Shown: positions 47,089 to 56,492, counted from the stretch's first letter. The stretch: DNA of 64,000 nucleotides from an uncultured Candidatus Saccharibacteria bacterium (GCA_964629815.1 CAZVTA010000002.1:2096-66095), one strand, 5' to 3'. A program made the numbers and translations. The notes: generated from the sequence alone by a model not told the origin.

Positions 47089-48129
47089 TTATTCTTCCCT
47101 CTCCGCAAGTCCTGCTGCTACTGAAAATTGATTCGCTACCGCAAGTAATTCGTTTTGCCGATCTGCAGGGAATGAAACATTGCGCCAGGCATTGCCAATT
47201 TCAACGTTTATACCAAAGCGGTTCGCTACATACAATGGGAACTCTGGCAATGCCGATGCTGCACCCGTTAGGATAATTCGCTCTACTTTGGCTTCTGGAT
47301 ATCGCACCTGAAAGAATTTTATTGATTTCTCTACCTCGGTAACCAATAGGTCTATGGTGCTAATGATTGCGTTATATATTTGCCCCTCGAGCTTGTCTTT
47401 ACTCAGGCCAAATTTGTTCACAAATTGCTCTGCTTGCTTTTGGTCTATGTTTAGGTTCTGAACTGCCGCTCGCATAATCGCTTCTGAACCGGTTGGGATG
47501 GTACGTGCTAAGCGAGGTGAGCCGTTTAGACAAACAACAATGTCGGTCGAGCGTGTACCAATATCTACTACCATCTGAGGTGTTGTTGCATCTGCCGGAA
47601 TAACGGCACGACTTACCGCCATATGATCTGGCTCAAACGCGATAACATTGAGCCCGATTGCCTCAAGCATATCAAGACGTGCTTCGACAAATGAATTTGT
47701 TACGCTACTGAGCAGCACTTCCACCTTGTTTTTATCTTTGGGCGAATCACCCAAGATAGCCCATTCTATCTTTGACTCTGCAACTGGTGTCGGAATAAGC
47801 GAATCGGCCTGATACATAATGGTTTTTGCAATCTCGGAAGGAGACAAACGATCAATATCGACTATTGTCGTAAAAACGCGCTGCGACGGGATACCAACTG
47901 CCACATTTCTTGTAGTTATTTTAGCCTGTGCTAACAGATCTCGAATGGTCTCCATTAATTTTTGCTGATCAGCTGGTGCATCACTCATAGCGATCTTGCT
48001 GTCAACAGGTACGTAGGCGTATTTTACGAGCGCTTTAACCCTACCGGACCCATGCAACTCAACAAGCCGAATTGCACTTGTACCGATGTCGAGCCCAAAA
48101 AATTCAGATACCCCACTCAGTAAACTCAT
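47089..48129 (-). CDS. pilM: Type IV pilus assembly protein PilM (actin-like ATPase fold)
   Basis: 346 aa. FGLDIGTSAIRLVEL and DIGTRSTDIVV (ASKHA phosphate motifs). Confidence 0.88.
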   Translation of the reverse strand: MSLLSGVSEFFGLDIGTSAIRLVELHGSGRVKALVKYAYVPVDSKIAMSDAPADQQKLMETIRDLLAQAKITTRNVAVGIPSQRVFTTIVDIDRLSPSEIAKTIMYQADSLIPTPVAESKIEWAILGDSPKDKNKVEVLLSSVTNSFVEARLDMLEAIGLNVIAFEPDHMAVSRAVIPADATTPQMVVDIGTRSTDIVVCLNGSPRLARTIPTGSEAIMRAAVQNLNIDQKQAEQFVNKFGLSKDKLEGQIYNAIISTIDLLVTEVEKSIKFFQVRYPEAKVERIILTGAASALPEFPLYVANRFGINVEIGNAWRNVSFPADRQNELLAVANQFSVAAGLAEREE

Positions 48130-48176
48130 ATTGGTTCGATTATAGCATAAGCTTCTTGGTTGTTAACAACGTTTTC

Positions 48177-50300
48177 TTACAAAATTGGTGGTAGTGTTGT
48201 GATATATTGGCTGGCACCGCTCGAAACTGGATCGGGCGCAGTTGGCTTAGCCAAGAACAGTTCTGGTAAATAGTTGATCTCTTCAGCTGCTCCGCTGCGG
48301 CCATCTCCACTCCAGTCTCGCTGCGAACCCTTGGCGCGCAAGAATTTAACGTCTTTGGCAATGAGCGCACCGTTGACCGTCAGTTTTATATTGCAGTTAA
48401 TGTACAGGTCCGAGGCACTCGCATAAGGCGTAGATCCGTTGGTACAGGTATAGATTTTACCGCCCGTTCCATCTGCACGAGGCTGCGCTATATACACTCC
48501 ATCGAGCCTCGATACATCTTTATCAATAAATATGTCCCCCTGAACTACAACATACAGCGAAGGGATGCTATTGATATCGGTAAAGTCTTGAAGTATCTGA
48601 TTTTCAGAAATAGTAAGGTTGGTGTTTTGCCGAACAACTTTTTGCCCACTGTGTGTATTAGCTACCGAAAAGTTTACTGCCCCACCCCTTGGTGTAAAGA
48701 GCGCATCGTTATAATAATCACGAATACAATGGTCGCCTGTAAACGTACCATTTGGTGTCGTCGTATTCGCAAACCTCAATGCATTTGGTGGGTTGGTAAG
48801 CGATGCCGAAGAGAACGTCTCGATGACACCGATAGCGAAGACAGCGAGCTGCGCACTAGAGCCTCTGCTTGCAGCGTTTATATACCCTTTGACGTCACCT
48901 ACATTGTTACAGGCAGTTGTACCAAAGCCGCCGCCCGCAAATACATCGCCACCATAAAACGATACATAGGGCTTGTTCACCTTTCGCTTGCAGTCTGGCG
49001 GACTCGTATATTCGCCCACCACCACCGTTTCTGCGCCAAGGTACCCGATAGAAACCTCTCGTTTATTGACCTTTATCTGGGTACACGCTTTGTCGCCAAC
49101 ATTCAATATACTGGCCGATGTGGTTACAGTAGGGTACGTCTTATCGCCAGTTATGGTCTCGACCGCATTAGGCAGACCAGGTATTGGCACAACCGAGCCG
49201 TCTGCTCGGAGAATAAAGTAGCTGCGGGTCACTTCTACCGCGTAATCTGTTCCAGCTTGCTCGACGCGCGCCCCAAAATTAATATCGACGGGGTTTTCGT
49301 TGTCATCTGGGTTGAATATCGTACTTGGGTACACATTCGTTCTACTATTTGATGGTGGACATGGGCCAAATCTATACCACGTACCTGACAACTCATTATT
49401 GCCACCCCCACCCTGATTTATACCCACGGCTTTTACCGTATGCTGATTTCCATCATACGGATTAATGAGTGTTACCGAAGACATAGGGTACAAATAGCCG
49501 TGATTGCCCTGCGTTGGATGCGGTTTGTCTGCAATTACACCTGGTATACCTGCTGCCATATTGTCGAAGAACAAATGCACCTCTATCGGACCAGCTATGT
49601 CGTCGTCACGTGCCCAGCCTGTAATAGCGTTACAATCTGCCTGAACAAGCCCTTCTGGATTATTAGCAGTAGATGTAAGCTGATAGTCAAACACATAGTT
49701 ACCGAGCTGATTATTTACATCTATGGTGCCGCCGCCTTGGCCTGCCCATACCTGACCGAATGCCTGGTTTGCTTTAAAATAACCCGAACCACCTGCATCA
49801 CCAACCGAAATAGGCGTAAACCGAAACCCAAGGCCATGCTCTTTGCCAGGACCCTTTCCCCATGTTCCCCACAAGCAGGCAAGGTATGGATAGCCGTCAG
49901 TACCATCACCGAAGATCAACTTGGTCGCATTGGTTCCATCCCAGGTAGGACAACTGAGTGTTGCGGGTCCGCCCGCCGTTGCATTAAATGTAATATTACT
50001 TGTCGGAAAGCCCGGCTTCCCCGGCCAGTTAATCGCAGTGTTTATGGGGATACTGCTTGGGCCATACGGAGCGGGATTCAGCGCCTCTACGTTGATATTA
50101 AAGTTTGAGGACCATTTTTTAAACGTGCCATCAGGATTAAAAATACGAACAGCGATAGTTGCGTTATAGTAGGCGGCCGTCGCAGGAGGATAGCACGACG
50201 CCGCTTCTGTTTTACTGCCTCCAATAGCATTAATGGCGATAAAAGAAAACACAAAAACAAGACCAAACTTAAGAAGCGAACGAGTTTTAGTTAGTTTCAT
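48177..50300 (-). CDS. Large secreted protein of unknown function (707 aa), immediately upstream of pilM
   Basis: Signal peptide MKLTKTRSLLKFGLVFVFSFIAINAIGG. Rich in G/N/T with many Cys. No motif recognised. Confidence 0.6.
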   Translation of the reverse strand: MKLTKTRSLLKFGLVFVFSFIAINAIGGSKTEAASCYPPATAAYYNATIAVRIFNPDGTFKKWSSNFNINVEALNPAPYGPSSIPINTAINWPGKPGFPTSNITFNATAGGPATLSCPTWDGTNATKLIFGDGTDGYPYLACLWGTWGKGPGKEHGLGFRFTPISVGDAGGSGYFKANQAFGQVWAGQGGGTIDVNNQLGNYVFDYQLTSTANNPEGLVQADCNAITGWARDDDIAGPIEVHLFFDNMAAGIPGVIADKPHPTQGNHGYLYPMSSVTLINPYDGNQHTVKAVGINQGGGGNNELSGTWYRFGPCPPSNSRTNVYPSTIFNPDDNENPVDINFGARVEQAGTDYAVEVTRSYFILRADGSVVPIPGLPNAVETITGDKTYPTVTTSASILNVGDKACTQIKVNKREVSIGYLGAETVVVGEYTSPPDCKRKVNKPYVSFYGGDVFAGGGFGTTACNNVGDVKGYINAASRGSSAQLAVFAIGVIETFSSASLTNPPNALRFANTTTPNGTFTGDHCIRDYYNDALFTPRGGAVNFSVANTHSGQKVVRQNTNLTISENQILQDFTDINSIPSLYVVVQGDIFIDKDVSRLDGVYIAQPRADGTGGKIYTCTNGSTPYASASDLYINCNIKLTVNGALIAKDVKFLRAKGSQRDWSGDGRSGAAEEINYLPELFLAKPTAPDPVSSGASQYITTLPPIL

Positions 50301-51261
50301 TCTTGACCTTTATATTCTTAACGGTTTCGTTAAAATTATTCACAAATTCAGTATCAACCTGCATATTCTTTGTCTTGTATACAAAATAGTATGCTGCGTT
50401 CTTTGTTTGTGCCTTACCATTAGTATCGCGATAGCGTTGCACATCTTCAATAATAGACGAAGCTTCACCCTCCTTTAGGGCTACAAGCTTATCGAAGAAC
50501 TTGCTTACAGAGGCACTCGCATCGTTTGTGGTTTGATTGAGTGCAAAACCCTGCTTATCGACAATAAATTTGCCCGACTTATTCGATGCATTGCCATACA
50601 CTAAGCTACTATCCGCCTTGATATCGGCAACAATATCTTCTGGCTTCTGTTTGTTTGTAGCTAGATCTTCGCGCGCCTGGGTAGCCTTAGTTTGTGCTGC
50701 TTTTCGATCGGTCTCTATGGCTGCCGGATCATTAAACTTTGGATCGCTTGGTTTGGCTTCAGAACTAAAGAAATACCTGCTAAACGGATAAAAGAACGCA
50801 TAACCTTCATAACCATCTCGTTTTTTCGTCTCAAGATAGTTTTCTATATACGCTTGCTTTGCCATAAGACGACCAAACTCGTTATTAGTCGATTCAGTAC
50901 CCTTAGAGAGGTTTGTATCTACTGTTAACACTTTATCGTCTATGGTTATGTTGAGTTTTTTTGCAGCCTCGATATATTTATAAGCTAATATTATTTGAAA
51001 AGTGGCACCTTCTTTATTTATGGAGCGCTTCTTTGCCTGTTCCAGGAGAGTATCATACTGTTTTTTCGTAAGCCTCGTATCGCCAACAGTCAGAACTGCA
51101 CTTTCTCGTATTATCAAAAATACAGCAACAGAAACACTGAGTGTAACCACAAGAAAGAGTGCAATAATTTTTTTAGAAATTCGAAAGTTAAACTTAACAA
51201 TCTCGCGGGGCTTGCGTCGAGAGAATGCGACAATTTCTGGCTTTTTTTGCTCACCACTCAT
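50287..51261 (-). CDS. Membrane-anchored protein of unknown function (324 aa)
   Basis: Short basic N-terminus, one TM (IIALFLVVTLSVSVAVFLII) and an extracytoplasmic domain. It overlaps the next gene by 14 nt. Confidence 0.55.
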   Translation of the reverse strand: MSGEQKKPEIVAFSRRKPREIVKFNFRISKKIIALFLVVTLSVSVAVFLIIRESAVLTVGDTRLTKKQYDTLLEQAKKRSINKEGATFQIILAYKYIEAAKKLNITIDDKVLTVDTNLSKGTESTNNEFGRLMAKQAYIENYLETKKRDGYEGYAFFYPFSRYFFSSEAKPSDPKFNDPAAIETDRKAAQTKATQAREDLATNKQKPEDIVADIKADSSLVYGNASNKSGKFIVDKQGFALNQTTNDASASVSKFFDKLVALKEGEASSIIEDVQRYRDTNGKAQTKNAAYYFVYKTKNMQVDTEFVNNFNETVKNIKVKNETN

Positions 51262-51269
51262 TTCTCTTG

Positions 51270-51298
51270 ATTATACTTATGCTTTGCATGAGTAGCAA
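51270..51298 (-). promoter_or_regulatory. Promoter (TTGCTA-17-TATAAT) 8 nt upstream of the 324 aa gene ATG (leaderless type)
   Basis: On the minus strand, TTGCTA (51298..51293), a 17 nt spacer, TATAAT (51275..51270), ATG at 51261. Confidence 0.5.
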
Positions 51299-51316
51299 GC
51301 ATCGTGGCAGAACTAG

Positions 51317-52114
51317 TTAATTTTCGGCAGTATCAGGAGCTAAAAGCTCTCGAGCTTCTCGCGTTTTGCGGCGTACAAAAACCTCAATTGCAGCCCGTTC
51401 TTTGCCAAGCATATCGGCAATTTCGGTTGCACCCATGCCCTCTACCCACGCCAAATATAAAATGGTGCGTCGTTCGGCATTTTTTTGTTGACGTTTTTTG
51501 GGTAGTGTTTCGTCTTGTGGGTATAGGTCGTTGAGCACTTTACCAACCAACGACGTTTCGTCGTAGCGTTCCATTGCTGCGGTTGCAGCTGCATCGCCAA
51601 GGCTACGAATTACACGCTGCGTGCCTTGCTCGGCTGCATACTCTACCGAATCGTGCTCTGCTTCGCGCATAAGCTTAGGGTTTTTTGCGACTCGTTTTAA
51701 GCGCCTATCGAGCGCTGGTACGGCATAGGTAGAAAAGCGGTTCCCTCGGTCTGGGTCAAAGCTGCGAACAATGGTAGTTAAGTACATATTGCCTTCTTGA
51801 ATAAGATCATCGAGCCCAACACGCCGGCAGGCGTGTTTGGCTGCAATGGCCGGCACCAAGCGTAGGTTACGCTCTACGAGTATTTGCTCGGCAATTTGGC
51901 CGTCAGCGATGCGTGCAGCAACCACACTATCTGCCTCTAGTGTTCCGTCGACTATTTGTTGTTGCAATGCCAAACCATGGCGTACATCGCGCGCCAAAGA
52001 TAGTTCTGCTTCGGGCGACAACAGCTCTATGGCACCAATGGCATCAAAATAGTAGCGCGTAGAGGCTTCGCCCATGCGCACACCAAAGCCAGTACCAACG
52101 TCTCCGTGCTCCAT
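51317..52114 (-). CDS. Sigma-70 family alternative sigma factor
   Basis: 265 aa. Region 2 is NLRLVPAIAAKHACRRVGLDDLIQEGNMYL...FDPDRGNRFSTYA. The region 4 HTH is GMGATEIADMLGKERAAIEVFVRR. No region 1. Confidence 0.85.
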   Translation of the reverse strand: MEHGDVGTGFGVRMGEASTRYYFDAIGAIELLSPEAELSLARDVRHGLALQQQIVDGTLEADSVVAARIADGQIAEQILVERNLRLVPAIAAKHACRRVGLDDLIQEGNMYLTTIVRSFDPDRGNRFSTYAVPALDRRLKRVAKNPKLMREAEHDSVEYAAEQGTQRVIRSLGDAAATAAMERYDETSLVGKVLNDLYPQDETLPKKRQQKNAERRTILYLAWVEGMGATEIADMLGKERAAIEVFVRRKTREARELLAPDTAEN

Positions 52115-52153
52115 ATATGCATATTATTGCATATTTTTAAGTTTTTTTCAATA

Positions 52154-53869
52154 CTAGCGCACGCCGCTTGTTGCTATCCTCTGTTGAGTCCAGCCGGTAC
52201 GCCAATCCCAGCCTGTATTACTTAAACCTCCTTGTGCATCCTTTGCGAATACATCTAGATTACCCGATGTCCGCGCAACCATACTTGGATTACGAGTAAG
52301 CCCTGTTCCCCTATGTGTAAGTGATGTCCAGCCGTTACTTGCCGTCCAGCCTCTTTCTTTTAGGCTCCCTGCCTCATCAACATAGACCACATTCATACTA
52401 TTTGAGTCTCGCACTACTGCAGCAGGATTACTTCGTACACCACTATTAACGAGTAGTTGCGTTCGCCAGCCAAGGGTTGGATCCCAACCTGCATTACCCA
52501 GCCCATCGTTACTTGTTCGATAAAATGCGTCCATGGTCGACTCGGTACGAGAAACTGCCGCCGGATCTCCTTTTATGCCGGTTGCTCGCAACACTGGAGA
52601 ACCCCAGCCCGTACGCCAATCCCAGCCTATGCTCATCATGTTTTGGTTTTTGTCTCGATAGAACACTTCTATAGCACCTTCGCCGCGCGCTACTGCAACC
52701 GGATCACCAGCGAGAGAGTCATTTGCAACAAGTGTCTGTGTCTTAGACCATCCAAGCAATGCGCCCCAACCCAGATTAACCAAATCACCTTCTTGGTTTC
52801 TATAGAACACATCTACACTTCCCTCGTTACGATGGATAATCGCAGGATCACCTGCTACGCTACCATCTGCAACTCGTGTTTGTGGTGACATCCATCCAAC
52901 ATTTGCATCCCAACCCATTGTCCTTAAATTATTATTCTGACTGCGGAATACTACGTCCATAGTTCTATCGCTTCGTGATGTCGCAGCAGGATTACTGGCA
53001 ACTTCTCCACGAGTAAGTACTTGCGGGGCCCTCCACCCAGTAGACGCATCCCATCCTGTATTTGCTAAATCTCCGCTGGGAGTCGTGTGGAATTCATCCA
53101 TCGTTCCGGTACTCCGAGATACAACAGCAGGCTGCGTGTCAAACTCCGCGACCGGCGCCGTAGCACCTACGCCAGTGCCGTTAACATCAATGAATGTATC
53201 CCAGTCCGCGCTAGATGATCTTGAGAATTTTCCTAAAGAGTTCCTTGAAGCATAGTCCTGGTGTGTCTGATAGCCTGTACCAGCCGCGTTCATTTCGGCG
53301 ATCTTTACCTTAGAAACTCTACCCTCTGAGTCTTTTGTTACCTGAGTTACAAAACCTACGTGTCCATAGAAACCGTCATTACTTTGTGCTATATCTCCAA
53401 TCTCAATATTATTTGCTGTACCAGGCTTTACGATAAATCCTTTTCCGGGCGCTGCATCATCCCAGTTTTTTGCATCTCCCAGTTGAGAAATGTCTTTCTG
53501 GTTATAGACCTTGGACCAATACGCCGCTCCGTCGGTACAATTTCTGTAATAATATCCTAGCGGACTAACTAGCTCTCCTGGCACATCTGCCTTTCCGTTA
53601 CCATTTTCGTCTACCCACCAATCATAGTCTGCTGCATTATATGTTTTGGAATTATTTTCATTGTATGGATAATCCCTCAACTGACCCAAATCGGTTACAT
53701 TTTCTGCCGATACATCTTCTTGTATAGTAAGTCCTTCAATTGCCAATACTCCAGATGACAACGCTAAGCTCGCCGTCAGAACTCCTGCAGCTTTCATGAC
53801 TCGTATTTTCAATGACTCCAATCTGTCAATCATTGTGTTTTGTTCGATCTTTTCGTTAGAGTACTGCAT
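52154..53869 (-). CDS. Exported CHAP-domain peptidoglycan hydrolase fused to a 7-bladed beta-propeller (lectin-like) repeat domain
   Basis: 571 aa. Strong SD AAGGAGG and an N-terminal TM/signal segment. CHAP motifs are YYRNCTDGAAYW (Cys) and GHVGFVTQV (His). Seven tandem repeats of about 47 aa follow, with consensus D-V-F-Y-R...L...GW...GW...(aa 245-571, nt 52157-53137). Confidence 0.75.
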   Translation of the reverse strand: MQYSNEKIEQNTMIDRLESLKIRVMKAAGVLTASLALSSGVLAIEGLTIQEDVSAENVTDLGQLRDYPYNENNSKTYNAADYDWWVDENGNGKADVPGELVSPLGYYYRNCTDGAAYWSKVYNQKDISQLGDAKNWDDAAPGKGFIVKPGTANNIEIGDIAQSNDGFYGHVGFVTQVTKDSEGRVSKVKIAEMNAAGTGYQTHQDYASRNSLGKFSRSSSADWDTFIDVNGTGVGATAPVAEFDTQPAVVSRSTGTMDEFHTTPSGDLANTGWDASTGWRAPQVLTRGEVASNPAATSRSDRTMDVVFRSQNNNLRTMGWDANVGWMSPQTRVADGSVAGDPAIIHRNEGSVDVFYRNQEGDLVNLGWGALLGWSKTQTLVANDSLAGDPVAVARGEGAIEVFYRDKNQNMMSIGWDWRTGWGSPVLRATGIKGDPAAVSRTESTMDAFYRTSNDGLGNAGWDPTLGWRTQLLVNSGVRSNPAAVVRDSNSMNVVYVDEAGSLKERGWTASNGWTSLTHRGTGLTRNPSMVARTSGNLDVFAKDAQGGLSNTGWDWRTGWTQQRIATSGVR

Positions 53870-54111
53870 GTGATTCCCCTCCTTTTGCCCTGCTCAATAC
53901 TAAAATTGTTGTAATACTTGTACATGTTTTTAATTTATAGACATAGATCGGGTGTACAGATAGGTTTTTAACAATAAAGCGACACCTGACATTATCGTTT
54001 TCTTGTTCATAGACCCTCCACTTAGTTGCTATGAATGTAGCGCACTGCAAAATATTTGCAAGCACGAGCAAAATAAAGCTGTGTACAACTTGTGCATAAC
54101 GTGCGGATAAC

Positions 54112-54849
54112 CTATTTTGCTGCAGCCTTTTGTAGCCAGTCGCTGATGAACTGCTGGTACGCAGCCCTATCTGCCTTTGGAGCCTCTATGCGGTACCCGT
54201 GATAAAAGTTCTTTGCAAGATACGTGTCTGCCTGAAAAGCCTTAATATATGCGTCGGTTGTGGGTACTGGCACAAGCTCGTCTAGCTCGTGCACAACTAC
54301 CAGAGTTTTGCCAGTAAATCGTTGGCGCGCACGTACCAAAAGTGGATGCTTTGCCAAAGCTTCTGCATCTTCTCTGAATGTGCGCTCTTGCCTTATATAC
54401 TCTGCCTCGTCTTTAAGTCGCTGCCCCCATTTGGTATAAAATGCCTCTGGTCTGTAGATAGCTGGCACACGCAGCACCAAATTTTGGAATGTGCGATATT
54501 TTGTCAGCTGCGTAGCCAAAAAACCACCGTAGCTAGTACCCATTACATCTACTTTTTTATTCGGATAGTTTTGCATAAGCCAATCGAATGCAGTGATTAC
54601 ATCTATAAAGTTCTGGGCAGGAGAAATATCGTTAAGGTCGAAGGGACTCTCGCCATGACCGGTGTAGTCGAGGACCAATGCCGAACATCCGGTTGCCTCT
54701 ACAATGGCCGAAACAATGTCCCGATGATTCTTTTTATTTGAGGTATACCCCACCAAACAGAACAATACACGATCGGTTGCTCCTTCGTACCAGTCAGCGG
54801 CTAATTCGTAGCCAAGGGCCGGTATTGTGACTTGTTCAATTTTTTGCAT
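54112..54849 (-). CDS. Alpha/beta hydrolase (S9/dienelactone hydrolase-like)
   Basis: 245 aa. Nucleophile elbow GTSYGG, and HELDELVP (the acid/His region). Confidence 0.7.
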   Translation of the reverse strand: MQKIEQVTIPALGYELAADWYEGATDRVLFCLVGYTSNKKNHRDIVSAIVEATGCSALVLDYTGHGESPFDLNDISPAQNFIDVITAFDWLMQNYPNKKVDVMGTSYGGFLATQLTKYRTFQNLVLRVPAIYRPEAFYTKWGQRLKDEAEYIRQERTFREDAEALAKHPLLVRARQRFTGKTLVVVHELDELVPVPTTDAYIKAFQADTYLAKNFYHGYRIEAPKADRAAYQQFISDWLQKAAAK

Positions 54850-54884
54850 ATACCTATCTTATCACCTATAAAATAGATTTTGTC

Positions 54885-55781
54885 TTAGAGATCGAGGCTA
54901 TCTACAACCCACATGCCAAGGCCTTCCTCTATTTTGTCTAGGATTGCTGGCTGGAGCTTTCTGAGACCGGCTGCACGCTCGGCGTCTATCAGTGCATTGG
55001 TTTCTAGTATATTACCGCTAATCCCAACTATTTCCCCATCTTCTCGAATAAGATTTTCTGGCTTGACGTATCTGGCTTTATACTCCATTAGGCTTGATGG
55101 TCTTGGGTAACTTTCGAGCGCATCTTGCCGAGTGCGCTCTAACTGGTACTGAATTGGTCGCTCGCTGCGCGCAACCGCTAGCTTGGCTTGCTGCTGCAAC
55201 ACCAACTCTTCTATATCCGGAAGGCTGCCCGATGCGGCTACATCTTTAATGTAGAGCCAGCTAGTATCGGGCAATTTTTGCCGTGTTGTCTCGGTTCTAA
55301 TTTCGCCTCCGCCCGCAAGTATCTGCCGATAAAAATCAACAAGCTCTGTAACTTTCTGCTGCGGCCAGTCGTGTTCGACCCCATCGAGCACTGCTGCAGT
55401 ATGGGCAGCTGTTAATAAGCCATGCATGGGAGAGCCGCTCTCTACACCTTCGGTCAGTTCTTCTACAGCCAACAGCGATCTGTTGCTTCCGCGAAACATC
55501 CCGCCAACCAACTTCTTTACATCGAAATACAATTCGGGTGCACAGTTGTGCTCGCCAGTTACAGGATCTGGCTTTCTGCGTATATACATGGATGTTACGC
55601 CAAGTGGTGGCCAACCTTCAAACGCCTCTGCAGAATCGACAATTTCGCGCAGCTCTACAGAAAAATCATTCGCCAGATCGAAAGAACAATACGCCTCTAC
55701 ACGCACCCGGGTATCGACTGAAGTGCCGAGTACACTACTGGCTTGCGCCAGCAACTGCTCTGCTCGCTGCACTAATTCCAT
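54885..55781 (-). CDS. Hypothetical protein (298 aa)
   Basis: Intact ORF. No signal peptide, TM or motif recognised. Confidence 0.5.
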   Translation of the reverse strand: MELVQRAEQLLAQASSVLGTSVDTRVRVEAYCSFDLANDFSVELREIVDSAEAFEGWPPLGVTSMYIRRKPDPVTGEHNCAPELYFDVKKLVGGMFRGSNRSLLAVEELTEGVESGSPMHGLLTAAHTAAVLDGVEHDWPQQKVTELVDFYRQILAGGGEIRTETTRQKLPDTSWLYIKDVAASGSLPDIEELVLQQQAKLAVARSERPIQYQLERTRQDALESYPRPSSLMEYKARYVKPENLIREDGEIVGISGNILETNALIDAERAAGLRKLQPAILDKIEEGLGMWVVDSLDL

Positions 55782-55840
55782 ATTTATATACTATACAATA
55801 TAGTCGTATTGTACTCAAATTAGCACGTCGGCATGTCGTT

Positions 55841-56446
55841 TCAGTTTTTGCGTCGTATGGCTTTTGACACAACTTGTGGCGCCAAACCATTCACTTGTCC
55901 TGCGCGCAATCGTGCCTGTCTTTCATGGGGCGCCAGCCAGTATCCTAATTGATAGCCCAAAAAGCCACCCAAAGCTGAACCGACTTTTCCTTTTACGCCC
56001 TTACCCAACCGATTGCCTGCCATTGCTCCAAGTGCAGCCAACCCATATATAGCTATGTGACCTTCAGTTACTTTTTTGTCATGCCTATCTGCCTGTGCAA
56101 GATGCTCCAGCTCATGGGTTAGTGTTTTATTCATTTGCTCATCAGTTCGGTCCTTGCCGCGCACTTTTGTACTAATACGGACAACATCACCTTCTACTCC
56201 TCGCATTGCCGGATTAGACATAAAACGCAATCGCGCTAACCTCGGGGAATAGTGTGTCCCGTTGTTTGCAGTCCTATTTATTGGATCAATGTATACGACG
56301 CTTTTTGCTATACCTTGCTCGGATACACCAAGGTCTCGCATCGTATCTGCGGCCATGTCAGGATATATCTTTACGGCATGGTCGGCGCCCTTGCCATAAA
56401 CTATCCGTGGACTAGTATCGCTTGATGCTATGGGAATTTCAGACAT
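55841..56446 (-). CDS. Putative zinc metallopeptidase (HExxH) with a C-terminal glycine-zipper segment
   Basis: 201 aa. TLTHELEHLAQ (HExxH). The C-terminus is IAIYGLAALGAMAGNRLGKGVKGKVGSALGGFLGYQLGYWL. Confidence 0.45.
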   Translation of the reverse strand: MSEIPIASSDTSPRIVYGKGADHAVKIYPDMAADTMRDLGVSEQGIAKSVVYIDPINRTANNGTHYSPRLARLRFMSNPAMRGVEGDVVRISTKVRGKDRTDEQMNKTLTHELEHLAQADRHDKKVTEGHIAIYGLAALGAMAGNRLGKGVKGKVGSALGGFLGYQLGYWLAPHERQARLRAGQVNGLAPQVVSKAIRRKN

Positions 56447-56492
56447 TTTTTGTTTTATATTTACATATACATATTATCACGTATATGCTTAT

